From contig NC_092670.1 of the NCBI RefSeq assembly GCF_964355755.1, positions 22,616,795 to 22,680,794 on the forward strand: DNA of 64,000 bases, given 5' to 3'. The stretch is from Antedon mediterranea (taxonomy: Eukaryota; Animalia; Echinodermata). The position numbers were made by a program, and so were the translations under genes. Positions within the stretch are counted from its first letter, which is position 1. Every line of letters begins with the position of its first letter. Below, piece after piece: positions 12,570 to 25,895 of the stretch. The notes beneath the pieces were generated by a model. It was not told the DNA's origin. It searched no databases and worked only from the letters and a program-made list of their open reading frames with translations.

Positions 12570-15045
12570 ACCTCCAATTAGCGACCATTATATTATTTGG
12601 TATGAATAAAGACAAGAAGAATAAATAACAATATAATAATAATCATGTAATAAAAACAAGTAATTATACTGGTCCTCTTCCAATTAAAGAACACTTTAGT
12701 TTAGACACTTCCAATTAGCGACCATTTTTATTGTTTTGTATGAGTAAAGACAAGAGTAATAATAGTTTTTAATCATGTGACAAAAAACAAGTAATTGTAC
12801 TGGTCCTCTTCCAATTAAAGATCACTTAAAATTAAACACTTCCAATTAGCGACCGTTTTATTATTTTGTATGAGTAAAGACAAGAATAATAAATAGTTTA
12901 TAATCATGTGATAAAAAACAAGTAATTGTACTGGTCCTCTTCCAATTAAAGATCACTTAAATTTAAACACTTCCAATTAGCGACCGTTATTATTGTTTTG
13001 TATGAATAGAAACAAGAAGAATAAATAGATTTTAATCATGTGATAAAAAACAAGTAATTGTACTGGTCCTCTTCCAATTAAAGATCACTTTAATTTAAAC
13101 ACTTCCAATTAGCGACCGTTATATTATTTTGTATGAATAAAGGCAAGAATAATAAATAGATTTTAATCATATGACAAAAAAACAAGTAATTGTACTGGTC
13201 CTCTTTCAATTAAAGATCACTTTACTTTAAGACACTTCCAATTAGCGACCGTTATATTGTTTTGTATGAGTACAGACAAGAAGAATAAATAGATTTTAAT
13301 CATGTGATAAAAAACAAGTAATTGTACTGGTCCTCTTCCATATAAAGGTCACTTTACTGTAAGACACTTCCAATTAGCGACCGTTATATTATTTTGTATG
13401 AGTACAGACAAGAAGAATAAATAGATTTTAATCATGTGATAAAAAACAAGTAATTGTACTGGTCCTCTTCCAATGAAAGATCACTTTACTTTAAGACACT
13501 TCCAATTAGCGACCGTTATATTATTTTTTATGAATAAAAACATGAAGCATAAATAGTTTATAATCATGTGATATAAAATAAGTAATTGTACTGGTCTTCT
13601 TCCAATTAAAGATCACTTTACTTTAAGACACTTCCAATTAGCGACCGTTATATTATTTTGTATGAGTACAGACAATTAGAAGAATAAATAGATTTTAATC
13701 ATGTAATAAAAAACAAGTAATTGTACTGGTCCTCTTCCAATGAAAGATCACTTTACTTTAAGACACTTCCATTTAGCGACCGTTATATTATTTTGTATGA
13801 GTACAGACAAGAAGAATAAATAGATTTTAATCATGTGATAAAAAAAAACAAGTAATTGTACTGGTCCTCTTCCAATTAAAGATCACTTTACTTTAAGACA
13901 CTTCCAATTAGCGACCGTTAAATTATTTTGTATGAGTACAGACAAGAATAATAAATAGATTTTAATCATGTGATAAAAAATAAGTAATTGTACTGGTCCT
14001 CTTCCAATTAAAGGTCACTTTACTTCAAGAAACTTCCATTTAGCGACCGTTATATTATTTTGTATGAATAAAGACAAGAATAATAAATAGTTTATAATCA
14101 TGTGATATAAAATAAGTAATTGTACGGGTACTCTTCCAATTAAAGGTCACTTTACTGTAAGACACTTCCAATTAGCGACCGTTATATTATTTTGTATGAG
14201 TACAGACAAGAAGAATAAATAGATTTTATTCATGTGATAAAAAACAAGTAATTGTACTGGTCCTCTTCCAATGAAAGATCACTTTACTTTAAAACACTTC
14301 CAATTAGCGACCGTTATATTATTTTTTATGAATAAAAACAAGAAGCATAAATAGTTTATAATCATGTGATATAAAATAAGTAATTGTACTGGTCCTCTTC
14401 CAATTAAAGGTCACTTTACTGTAAGACACCTCCAATTAGCGACCGTTATATTATTTTGTATGAGTACAGACAATTAGAAGAATAAATAGATTTTAATCAT
14501 GTGATAAAAAACAAGTAATTGTACTGGTCCTCTTCCAATGAAAGATCACTTTACTTTAAGACACTTCCATTTAGCGACCGTTATATTATTTTGTATGAGT
14601 ACAGACAAGAAGAATAAATAGATTTTAATCATGTGATAAAAAACAAGTAATTGTACTGGTCCTCTTCCAATTAAAGATCACTTTACTTTAAGACACTTCC
14701 AATTAGCGACCGTTATATTATTTTGTATGAGTACAGACAAGAAGAATAAATAGATTTTAATCATGTGATAAAAAATAAGTAATTGTACTGGTCCTTTTCC
14801 AATTAAAGGTCACTTTACTTTAAGACACTTCCATTTAGCGACCGTTATATTATTTTGTATGAATAAAGACAAGAAGAATAAATACTAGTTAAGACAAGAA
14901 GAATAAATAGTTTATAATCATGTGATAAAAAACAAGTAATTGTACGGGTCCTCTTCCAATTATAGATCACTTTAGTTTAAACACTTCCAATTAGCGACCG
15001 TTATATTATTTTGTACGAGTAAAGACAAGAAGAATAAATAGTTTA
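12570..15045. repeat. Satellite array, about 131-133-bp unit, about 19 copies, inside the Ginger element
   Basis: ctggtcctcttccaatt recurs at 12669, 12800, 12931, 13063, 13195 and onward. Confidence 0.95.
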
Positions 15046-15784
15046 CTTGTTTAATCCCCAATCAATTAAAAGTTGCACCTTTTTATAATCAACACGATAT
15101 AGCTGATCTCTTGAAAAAACATAATCAGTTTTACTGAAGTATTATGTTAATTGGTACATTGATCGTCACATCGAGAATATGGTAGGGGTGTCACACTATG
15201 TGCGTCTAGGGTGAATGCAAAGATAATGACATCGATATAGCGCCACATCAACACGTTTTTATGCACCTTTGGTGTAAGTATTTATTTTAGTATTTTGTCC
15301 TTAAATCAGAATTTATATTCAAAGAAAAAATGACTTGTTATGTAAAAAAAACAACAATTCGGTATCTGGAATCTTAAAATTAATGTATCTATAAAAATAA
15401 TTAATATGGGATAGGCCTGAGACCTCATACATTTGTTAATAGGGCTACTTTATTGAACCTTCATTTTATCGGATGTTATAAGAACGCTTGCTTCAACCGA
15501 TTCTTTTTTTGAACAGCATTTTGTTTAAAGGCGATTGTGTTATTTTCAATGTTTAATAAACTTCTGGAATTTCAGAGAAACCCATTTTAATAAACAAAAG
15601 CTTCTTATAAAATGTGCTTACTGGATAATGTTTCATACATGTTTGGCTGGTTCAAATTTACTTTACTTTTGCTTTTCCGCTACTCCCCTGTTATACTATA
15701 TATTTGTTGTTATGTAGAAAGATTGAAAATAAATTCATTCATTCATTCTTCTTTTATTTCGGAAAAAAAAAATTCTCCATAGTT

Positions 15785-15998
<214 letters not shown>

Positions 15999-16072
15999 TG
16001 TGTTCCAACCGTACCACGCCGAGAATGTTAAAGGGTCGTTATCCGGTCGAGTTAAAGAACAATACCATGAAA

Positions 16073-16144
16073 GCCCCAGTGGTCTAATGGTTAGGGCAAC
16101 TGCATATCAAGCCGACGGTCCGAGTTCGAGCCTCGGTTGGGGCG
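16073..16144 (+). tRNA. tRNA-like cloverleaf copy 1 (anticodon position ATC); probable pseudo-tRNA or SINE head
   Basis: 72 nt. Acceptor GCCCCAG/TTGGGGC, A box TGGTCTAATGG, T arm CCGAG-TTCGAGC-CTCGG, followed by T6. The anticodon stem is partly mismatched. Confidence 0.55.
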
Positions 16145-16338
16145 ACTTTTTCTCATTCTCTCAGATTTCCTCATCTTTATCGTTTCAAAAATTAATTAAA
16201 TCATTTTCAGTGTATCACCGGGCGGTTTGGAATTTATTTCTATGCCTGTTGTGTTTACAACTGAGGACTAGTGCTGTTCCGCCGTACCACGCCGAGAATG
16301 TTAAAGAGTCGCTATCCAATCGAGTTCGAACCGTGAAA

Positions 16339-16410
16339 GCCCCAGTGGTCTAACGGTTAGGACATCTGCATATCAAGCAGGCGGTCCGAGTTCGAGTCTC
16401 GGTTGGGGCG
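16339..16410 (+). tRNA. tRNA-like cloverleaf copy 2 (anticodon position ATC)
   Basis: 72 nt with all four stems pairing: GCCCCAG/TTGGGGC, GTCT/GGAC, TCTGC/GCAGG with loop ATATCAA, and CCGAG/CTCGG with loop TTCGAGT. It lies within a tandem duplication of about 266 bp (16000-16510). Confidence 0.6.
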
Positions 16411-17549
16411 ACTTTAACTCATTCTCACAGATTTCCTCATCTTTATCGTTTCAAATTAATTAATTAAATTTCAGTATATTACCGGGCGGTTTAGAATTAA
16501 TGTTCTATGCTACATAGTCACGTGGTTAGAACAATAGTTTCATATATCTACTATGTAGATTGGATGAAGGAAAAGCAAATTCATGAATACATTACAAATA
16601 AATGTATGAATTGTGAATTACAAAAATATTAAATGTTGTTGTCTTGTCAGAATGAGTTGTAAATATGAACGAGTTTTGTAAACATAAATTATATATCATT
16701 GATCATTACTTATATTAACAGGATAAAATAATAATAGTGTAATAATAATGAACAATAGTTACAGAAAAATATTTATTTATTTATTTATTTATTGCTATTA
16801 AAACTTGTTTCAGTAAGTGTGTTTGTATTTATTTTACTTTGTTATTGATCATCATTGGTCTGGCTACCAATACATTGGAAGCACGCAAGCCTCGCTACCA
16901 CGTCAAGGTTGATGATCATAGCGAGGGTAGGTTGCACGTTTGTATGTGCCCCTTTGACCAAAGAAAACATATTATAGAAGAAAATTGCATAACATTATGA
17001 AACAGAATCATATGAGTTGTAAATATGAAAAAGTTTTTTAAACATAAAAATACAATAAAAATAAACACTAGTTACAATCTAATTCACGTACTTTTACCTT
17101 ACCGGACCTTTAGTCGCGTTATTCTTTTATACAATCTGCTTTTTAATTAATTTTTTAATCCTTGTAGCGATCAAAGCAGGGCGCATGACACATCATTGCA
17201 TGTTTACACTGGACACACTGTATTTGATCTGTTGTTATCTGCCATTAGACCCCTTGAGCCTTTGACGTACTTATGCTCAGATATTCGTCTTCTGTTGATT
17301 CAATGAAAGATGGTGACGCTTTAATTAGCCGCTGTGGTGAATCTATGTTCTTCTTTCTGGTCCGACAAATGCAATTGGTATTTCTTCGTCGATGAGTTTC
17401 AGACAAAGCCGACAATCTCCTCTTGACGGAAGCACCTGTAAAAAATCAAAGCATTAACGAAACTTACCTCTATAAGGTAAACAAATACCCTTTTCACCAT
17501 TTAATGCTTCTGTGTATGTTGAGATTACCGGTCATAGGTAGGCCTACAG

Positions 17550-20500
17550 TTAAAGAGTGACGTTGTATGAATCAACATATAATTGTCCAGGTACTTCATT
17601 GTTGCTCTGATGAATCCTTTCCGGGAAATGTTCCATGTCACAAAGCAAATTGAATATATTTGGATCGATATCATCTTTTAGATGGTTGACTGCTTCAATG
17701 TCATAATGTGTGTCCGTGAATTCAGATACGTATATAACGTCCATAATGCCTTCGGAACGCATTACCGCTTCATCTTCGTAATTATCTACCAGAGCAGCAT
17801 TGAGGGTCACATCGGATACAATATCCCAGTATTTCCGTGCAAGGTGGTTTTTGATTGGTGCGTATGGTGTACGAGTGTATTTTAATTCAGCGTCATAAGT
17901 TTTCTTGTCTACATCCAGGACAGGCTCAAAGTGTGCACATAAGTTTGATAGGTAGATGTTTCTTTCAGATACTAAATCACCAAACTGATTACTTATTGGT
18001 GCATATTTCAACCATTCATAATGTGGAAGCCCTTTCCTTCTTCCATATTTACTGTAAACATAAACATTCGTATTTGACATGGTCGCAAATGCCATGATTT
18101 CGATGTCCGAACCCCATGTCCCATATTCCCCCATTCTCGTGTCTTCCACGTATCGTTCAAATGATCTGGATTCAATTTTTTCAAATAGGTTTTTGTTCAT
18201 GGACATATAGTTTAGTATGTAATCCCGTACAACTACATGGTAGTTCTGGACACCAAAGAGAATATAACTCAAAGCCCTAAAAAGACAGTTGCCGTCCCCT
18301 CTCATATTAACAACTTTAGTAGGCCTGGCTGCCTTGTCCATTTCACATTTTAAGTGAGTTTTGTGAAAATTTTTGACATTGATACCAAATGGTGCTGCCT
18401 TTTCAAGCTGCCAATTGGCATCGACAGGAAAGAATAACTTTCTTGAAGTTTTCGTGTTGAGGTATACCACATCACTATCAGATACAGGCCTACTGTTGTC
18501 ATGGTCATCATCCGGTGCGACATTATCATTGTCTAATGTAGGTATGTTATCGAGATTATCCAGTGTGATATCATCGTTCTTGGATGTAGGTATGTTAATG
18601 TGATCATCCGGTGTGATATCATAATTCTTGGATGTAGGTCTGTTATCGTTATCATCAACATTCTTGGATGTAGGTATGTTAATAATGTGATCATCCGGTG
18701 TGATATCACCATTCTTGGATGTAGGTATGTTATCATGGTGCGTTACTTCAGGTGGGATGTCTGGCGTTCGCTTTCGTTTCTTTGGAGGGAGATGCTTATC
18801 ATTGGTATTACATTTCTGTTTAGTGCTTGATGATGGACAGTTCAAAGAGGTTGTTTTATCGGACTTGTAATGTCTGATCTTGTTTCCGTTAACAATAGCC
18901 CTTCTTCCTTTTAGTCGATATGTATTGTGAGTGAGGACTTTTTCTATAATATATGGACCAGTCCATCGAGCATTAAGTTTGCCTCCCTTTCTTGACAAAT
19001 TTCTGGAATTCTGCAAGAGCACTTGATCTCCTGCATAGTACGTGTTGCTTTTAACACCAGCATCATGATAATGTTTTTGCTTTTTCTGTGCTTTTTTGAT
19101 ATTTTCTGATGCCTTTCTCCTTGAATCTTTGAGTTTCAAAAAAGCGTCCACTCTTATTTTTAAAGGAACAGTTCCGGATATGTCATCTTTATTAGACGAA
19201 ACGATGGGAATACGTAATTCTACAGGCAACACAGCCTTTCTACCGTAAACTAATGAGAATGGGTCACATTTCGTAGACTTGTGCTCGGATGTTCTGTAGG
19301 CAAACAACACGTATGGGAGTTGTATATCCCAGTCATTTTGGTCTGCGTTGGTCAACGTCATAAGCATTGTGCAAAGTGTTCTGTTAAAGCGCTCCGTTTG
19401 CCCGCCTGTTTGAGGATGGTATGGTGAGGCAACTCTGTGGTCTACCCCAATCAGCTTACAGAAGCTGTCATTCAGCTCATTACAAAACTCTCTACCCTGG
19501 TCTGTAATCAATATAGAAGGTGTTCCATGTCTGCAGACAAAATCAATAAAAGATCTCAGCACTGTTTTAGCAGATTTATCTGGAATTGCATCAGCTTCCA
19601 CCCATTTGGTAAGGTACTCCGTAAATACAAGTAAGTACCGATTACCTGAAACACAGCAAATAATAATATAATAAGCCGTAATAATAGTAGTGTCAAAATG
19701 TCATGATGAGATGTACAACACCCGAACTGTACGAATGAAATAACAATAATAATAACAATATTAATATCAATAAATATAATAAGAACAAGAACAATAATAA
19801 TATCGTGGATTTACATAGCGCCTAATGTTGTAAAACCTCTATGCGCTGAACAGTATTACCCCAGTCATGGTTTGGATCAAATTAAAACAGGCAGAAATAA
19901 AGATTATTACAGTATAGCCATAATCGATGTAAATCCGGTGACAATAATAAGAGCATCTGATTCTTGGTAAATCTAGTTTTTGTTGACAGTGTAAAAAAGA
20001 GAACTGTCATAATTTTAGTTTAGTTAACAATTTCAAGAAACCTCACAGAAATTGCGCTTGTGCCTTTACAATAATAAATTTAAGTTCAGCTCTATTACAA
20101 TAAAGGCCGAACAGAACTAATTATTAACTGTAATTTTAGGCCCTGAAGAATGAATTACAAAGTTTTCTGAACGTATTTCATTCATGTCTTCTTGCTTTTT
20201 ACTTTTACGTTTTGATTTAGCTTTTTTATCCAGTCACAGCATTTTTGTTTTTCAGTAATTTGTCATGAGATACCTTACCATTTTCTGTCTTTACCAAAGG
20301 CCCAACAATATCCATACCGATCTGTCTGAAAGCAGTATCTGTTACGGGTATAGGTTGAAGTGGCACTTTTGCTTTTTTTAAAACTTCTTTCCGTTGGCAC
20401 TGATCACAGGCGGCTATAAAATTACGAACACCATCAAATGACCCCTTCCAATAATACCTTTCGCGTATCTTTTTCCAACTGTTAAAAAAAAAATGTGTTT

Positions 20501-23368
20501 ATTGTATTGATGATATTCAATCTCTTTGTAGGTTTACTATTGACCTTAAAACTGTATTATGGATTCTTTAAATATTTTAATTTTATTTTGTTTTTTAATA
20601 TTATTTATTATTTATTACCGCAGTTCACATCACCATTCTCATCAATGCATTATAATAACATTACAGTTTGGCGTTCCATATATTTTAACTTTTCGTTTAA
20701 GGCAAGCACTGGGCACAACTGATTAATTAACTTTTAATATTTATCTATGTTTCTAGTTTTTTTATTTGACAATGATAAATGAATATTGAAAAGGGAAAAG
20801 ATACCTTCTATGAAAAATGTCCATCAGTCCGTGATGATTCCGTGTCACATTGTACCAGGGAGATTTACATCTCCCTGATTGTACCGTGTTTACATTCTAA
20901 ATACCCCCATATAAACTTCAAATTGAGTGCAGCCTCCCATACAAAATAACTACGCCCTCAATCTGGTAATAATTCACTCAGGCAATAAAAAACTAACTTG
21001 AAAAGTATAAATAATTAATTGTCCTACTAGAATTATTGTGTACGCTTGGTGAATGTGCGACAGAGTAGATATAAAAATCGCCACTTTTTTTTTAAAATAA
21101 ACAAGGGGAAATATATACGTTTTAACACTACATACTGGTTAAATTTATTTATTTTTAAAATGTAGAGGACACCCTATTAAGGAAACCGGGTACTTTTTAG
21201 TGAGCCACAATGGTAGATTGCGAGAGGTAGTGGTCCTTTAAAATAGGTGGTCACTTACGAAAGATGTGGTCGATAAGGGAGGTGGTCGCTTACGATATGT
21301 GATCGATTATGAGAAGCGGTCTCCTAACAGAGAGGTCGTTTATTAGAAGTGGTCACTTAAGAGAGGTGATTTATACAAGAGTTGGTATATTATGAGAAGC
21401 GGTCCATTTAGAGATATGGTGGTCTTCTAAAAGAGATCATCACTTACGAGAGGCGGTCGAAAATAAAAAGCGGTCGCTTACGAGAGTTGTGGTTGTTAAG
21501 AGAGGTGGTCGCTTACTACGAGAGGTGGTCGATTATGAGAAGCGGTCCATAATGAGAGGATGTGATCACTTACAATAGTTGGTCGATTATGGGAAGCGAT
21601 CCCTTAACAGAGACGATGGCCGTTTAATAGAGGTGGTCACCCAAAAAAGTTGTCGTTACGAGAGAGGAAGTCGATTATGAGAAACGGTCCCTTAAAAGAG
21701 TTGGTTGCTTACGATGTGTGGTCGTTTTAGAAAGTTGGTCGGTTACGAGACGTGGATAGATGGATAGCTAAGTAAACAGATGCATTTGCACATGATTTAG
21801 ACATTTAGGTTTGTAAAATATATATTTTCTACATTAGCTGGCGATAGTCCTACATTAGCTGGGATGCAATTTTCGTTCCTACATTCGTTGTTGATCGTTC
21901 TACATGGTGTTAATTTTTTTCATTACATAAGCTGCAGGTGGTTTTACTCCATTACCGGGGGATTGGAAACTAGTTTTGTTATTGAAAATGCGTTTTTTTT
22001 AAAGAAGTATTCCCTAAAAAAAAATGTAATAATCCACTTTAAAGTTACATAATAAAAGTCTTCTTCCTTACCTTTTTTTTTGTCAAATTGTGTTTTCTTT
22101 CATAAGTATACATTTTAAACGAACGAAAGTTAATACTGATATGGCTTTTTGCATTATGAATGAGCAACTAATATTGAACATATTTATTATACCAAGACCT
22201 GAATAAGTTTTCATTCGGGAAGTATTTGTATCACTATTTAAAACTAAGATATCTCTCATGAGGGATATCTCTATATTACTTACTTACCAAGATATTTAGA
22301 ATGGAAGATTCTTGTCCCATTCGGAATATCACAAGTGGATTTTTTTCTGTGTTAGTTATGCAGTGGGCACGTGTAGAGTACCGTATATGAACTGTTATAA
22401 AACTAAAACATTACTATTATAGATAGAGCTAGTTGTACTGTATTCTTCTTGGTTTTTCGAGGTGTAATAAGCCTACAAAAAAATATCTATTAACATAGAT
22501 ATTTCTTTTAAAAAGTAAGACATCTTAGTTTTCAATTGAAATAATCTATCTTTATTAAAAGAGATATCTTAATTTTGAACTAAAGATATATGCGTTGTGT
22601 AGCACTGTGTAAATTATATAATAATAATCTGTCAAATTATTGAAACAGTGCTCATATTCGGAACATTTTTGATTAATTATTGAATGCCAATATATGTTTT
22701 GTATTTTTTACATGTGATATTTTATGTTCAACTTCAATATATTTATACAATTAATTGCGATAATATATTGAGTAGAAATTATTATCGACTTAACATATTT
22801 TTCATTCATGGAGGTATAAAAATATGTTTGAATCTATATATAAAATACTAACTTCATAATGTACACGGTCATTATACATTTTTCAATTGATAAGTATTAG
22901 TTATTATTCATTTAATTCATTCATTTAATCATTTGTTTCGAATTCTGTGGTCCACAGAAAGTAAAATTACGTATAAAATCATTTAAAAACAATGCTGTAC
23001 TAATTACTAATACTCATCTCAGGATGGCATTCCACCTGGCCAAACATATAAACAGTTTTAAAGTCACCCAGAAACTTATCGAAGCTTAAATATTATTTAA
23101 TTGACAAACTTTAAACTTACGTTTTGTTGACACCCAAGTGACCACCATGTGCCTGCTTATGGATACTGTTTAACACTTCGTTTTTTTCTTTCGGTAACAA
23201 TACACGCAACAATCTACCAGAATGTTGTTTGTAATACAAGATATCACGAAGAATTGTAAAGTTCTTGGCTTTCCGTCGCAAACTTCGTTTTAATATTTCA
23301 GAATAATTTACAGGATAAACGTTGTTTTGTAGATAGTTTCTCAAGGCATCAAACTCATGATCGGCCAT
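17550..23368 (-). CDS. Ginger transposase: YPYY-type motif, HHCC zinc finger, DDE integrase, GPY/F, OTU cysteine protease; 3 exons, about 847 aa
   Basis: Exons 23368-23121 (YLQNNVYPVNY...IHKQAHGGHLGVNKT), 20478-20279 (RYYW...CDQCQ...GMDIVGPL) and 19645-17550 (ITDQGREF, GQTERFNRTL, WTGPY, GDGNCLFRALS, WGSDIEI, HFE) are GT-AG bounded and total 2544 nt in frame. Confidence 0.9.
19770..19880 (-). mobile_element. 3' tail fragment of a SINE/LINE2-like retroposon in Ginger intron 2
   Basis: Minus strand cagcgcatagaggttttacaacattaggcgctatgtaaat followed by (TTA)n matches the tail at 28681-28740. Confidence 0.5.
21165..21945. mobile_element. Foldback/MITE arm built of gagaggtggtcgctta subrepeats, in Ginger intron 1
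   Basis: Subrepeat array followed by the unique ttacgagacgtggatagatggatagcta...cacatgat segment shared with the 24915-25895 element. Confidence 0.65.
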
Positions 23369-24914
23369 AATGATAATAAGTAAAAATAGAAAGAAGGCAG
23401 ATTGTAACGAACAACACCGTGATTGGAACTTTGCAAGCAAAGTGAATGATTTTTTAAATGTAGGAGGTTTTGAACAAACATTGAGCCAATCAGCTTCTTG
23501 CTACATTTGTTTTAACCAATTGCCGATTAGAAGAAAGAGCAAACAGTTTTGTCAGGTGTAGGCCTATAATTTAAACTTTGTGCCTTAAGTGGATGTCACG
23601 AACTCCTTTTACGTATGTTTCCGAGCGGTTGAAAATACTTTAGAAACTCCCTTGTGACATAAAAGTATACACACCAAATTCACAAAGTTGTAAAATAACT
23701 CAAAAACAAATCTTTAATTTCAATCAACTTCAACTTTCAACAACCCAGTAAGCATTTTAAACAACAGCTTCACAATAACTTTTACAATCTAATATCCAAC
23801 CTCTAATATCCAACAACATGACAATAGTTTTACATCCCTTTATATACAAGATGTTCCTATCCTTCTATATCATTCTTTATACTTCTTATTCTATTTGATT
23901 ACAGTTTCTATTAATAGCATACTGGAATGTTCCTGATTGTTATTATATTAATTATACATGATGTCTTAAATGTAAACATCTTATTCTAGAATGTTCATGG
24001 TTAGGGAATGGTAATTTATTACAGTGGCAAGTACACAAAAAATGAGAGAAAAAAACTATTGGAGGGAAATGCCATTTATTAAATTAAATTTCGAAGATAC
24101 TCTTATTGGTAAACGCTTCAGTCGTTCTATTACACAATAAATAGCACATTCAGATAGGAGTATAAAATATAATCATATAGTTATTCTTTATTACATATTA
24201 TACGTTCATCTCAAATTATATTATAATATTAATTGAAATTGTATTTAAATTTGTATCCGTTTTTGTCGACAGGACCACAATGCAAAACAAGTATATTTCT
24301 ACTTGATTGTGTATAATCCTGTATAAATATGTTGTTAAATAAATAAAATAATATTAAATAGTAATCTACGTAAAATAATATTATAGTACATAAGTTCGTA
24401 TTAAAACCGTTCAGGCTATGAGGCAACCCCCGCTCCCTGTATATTAAATAGAAACATTTTTTATAATACTTATACTAGAATCATATACTAATTTATTTAG
24501 TTATTTTTTAAAATAAGAGAATTAAATTACGTAACATACTGTGGTATATAATTCTTGTAATGAAATCATATTCATGGTAAGCGTAATCTTAATTTGAGAT
24601 ATGGCAAGTTCGCACCCCTTCTCCTGACAAATAACAGATGACAGTTAACACGACTACCGGTAATTAATATCTCCCGAGAGCCGCTGTTTTGAGGTTGACC
24701 TGACAATTGTGGCCTGAGTTATGGGACATTACCCTTGCTGGACATCTGGTAAAAATAAATACTGATTATGCTGCCACTTTAGTACACAAAACAATAAATA
24801 AAAAAAAATAAAAAAACACAACTTGTGGCATTTCCTTTACACTAGTCCCTGTTCAAAACCGCTAGTGCAGAAAACGGCAGCAAATGTCGTCGAAACTGTC
24901 AAATCCACCCATGT

Positions 24915-25895
24915 AGTAAAACCTAGAACTAGCTAATGTAGAAACACCAACAGTTATTTATTAAATAAAAATCAACATTAGCTAATATACAACTTAACAG
25001 GTAATGAAGTAACGAAAATTGCCTCACAGCTGATGTAGTTAATATCGCCAGCTAATAAAATAATAATTATATATTTTACAAACCTAAATGTCTAAATCAT
25101 GTGCAAATGTATTTCTCTACTTAGTTTAGCTGTCAGTCTATCCACCTCTCGTAAGTGATCGGCTTTCAAAACGTAGCACTCTGATCGTAAGCAACTACCC
25201 TTGTTAGCGACCACCTTTAATATTTAAAAGGGACTACCTCTGTTAAAGGACCGCTTCTCACAATGGACAACTTCCTGAAGGGGTAACCTCCTCTCATAAG
25301 GGACTGCTTTTCATAAACTACCACCGCTCGTAGACGACCACTTCTTTTACCGACTACACCTCCCGTAAGTGACCACCTCAATAGAGGTGGTAATTTGCGA
25401 AAGGTGGTTGTTACGGATGGTAGTCGATTATGAGAAGTGGTCCCAGTGGAGAGGTGGACGTTTTTTTTTTATAGAGAGGTCGACACTTTAGGCGTGGTCG
25501 TTAAGAGAGGTAGTCCGTCATGAGGTTGATTATGAGAAGCCGAGGTGGTGGTCCTTTAAAATAGCTCGTCCTTGACGAGTGGTGTGGTCGTTAAGAGATG
25601 GTGGGCGATTATCAGAGACGGTGGTCGTTCAATAGAGGTGGTTACTTACTAGAAGTGGTTGTTGGTTGGTTGGTCACTTACGAGACGTGGATAGATGGAT
25701 AGCTACCGGTAAGTAAAGAAATGCATTTTCACATGATGTAGATAGGTTTTTAAATTATACAATATTTTCAACATTAGCTGTGAGGCAATTTTCGTTACTA
25801 CATTATCTGCTGACCGTTCTAAATTAGCTGGTGTTGATTTTAAAAATTGATACATAAGCTGTTGGTATTTCTGGTATTAGCTGGTGGTTTCTATG
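24915..25895. mobile_element. Foldback element of about 1 kb (inverted arms of about 480 bp, centre near 25380)
   Basis: The left arm aacgaaaattgcctcacagctgatgt...ctatccacctctcgtaagtgatc is the reverse complement of the right arm gtcacttacgagacgtggatag...acattagctgtgaggcaattttcgtt. Confidence 0.75.

Noticed and set aside
12570-15045. Regular repeat array resembling CRISPR
   Set aside because: Whole units repeat with no unique spacers, there are no cas genes, and the context is eukaryotic.
17240-17440. Possible extra Ginger exon after an acceptor near 17436
   Set aside because: No convincing in-frame donor from the main ORF and no recognisable protein motif; it may be untranslated.
17550-19601. 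Integrase read as a Gypsy LTR retrotransposon remnant, or as a stand-alone 683-aa ORF
   Set aside because: There is no RT, RNase H, gag or LTR. The ORF is the third exon of a spliced gene lying between TIRs with a CCGG TSD.
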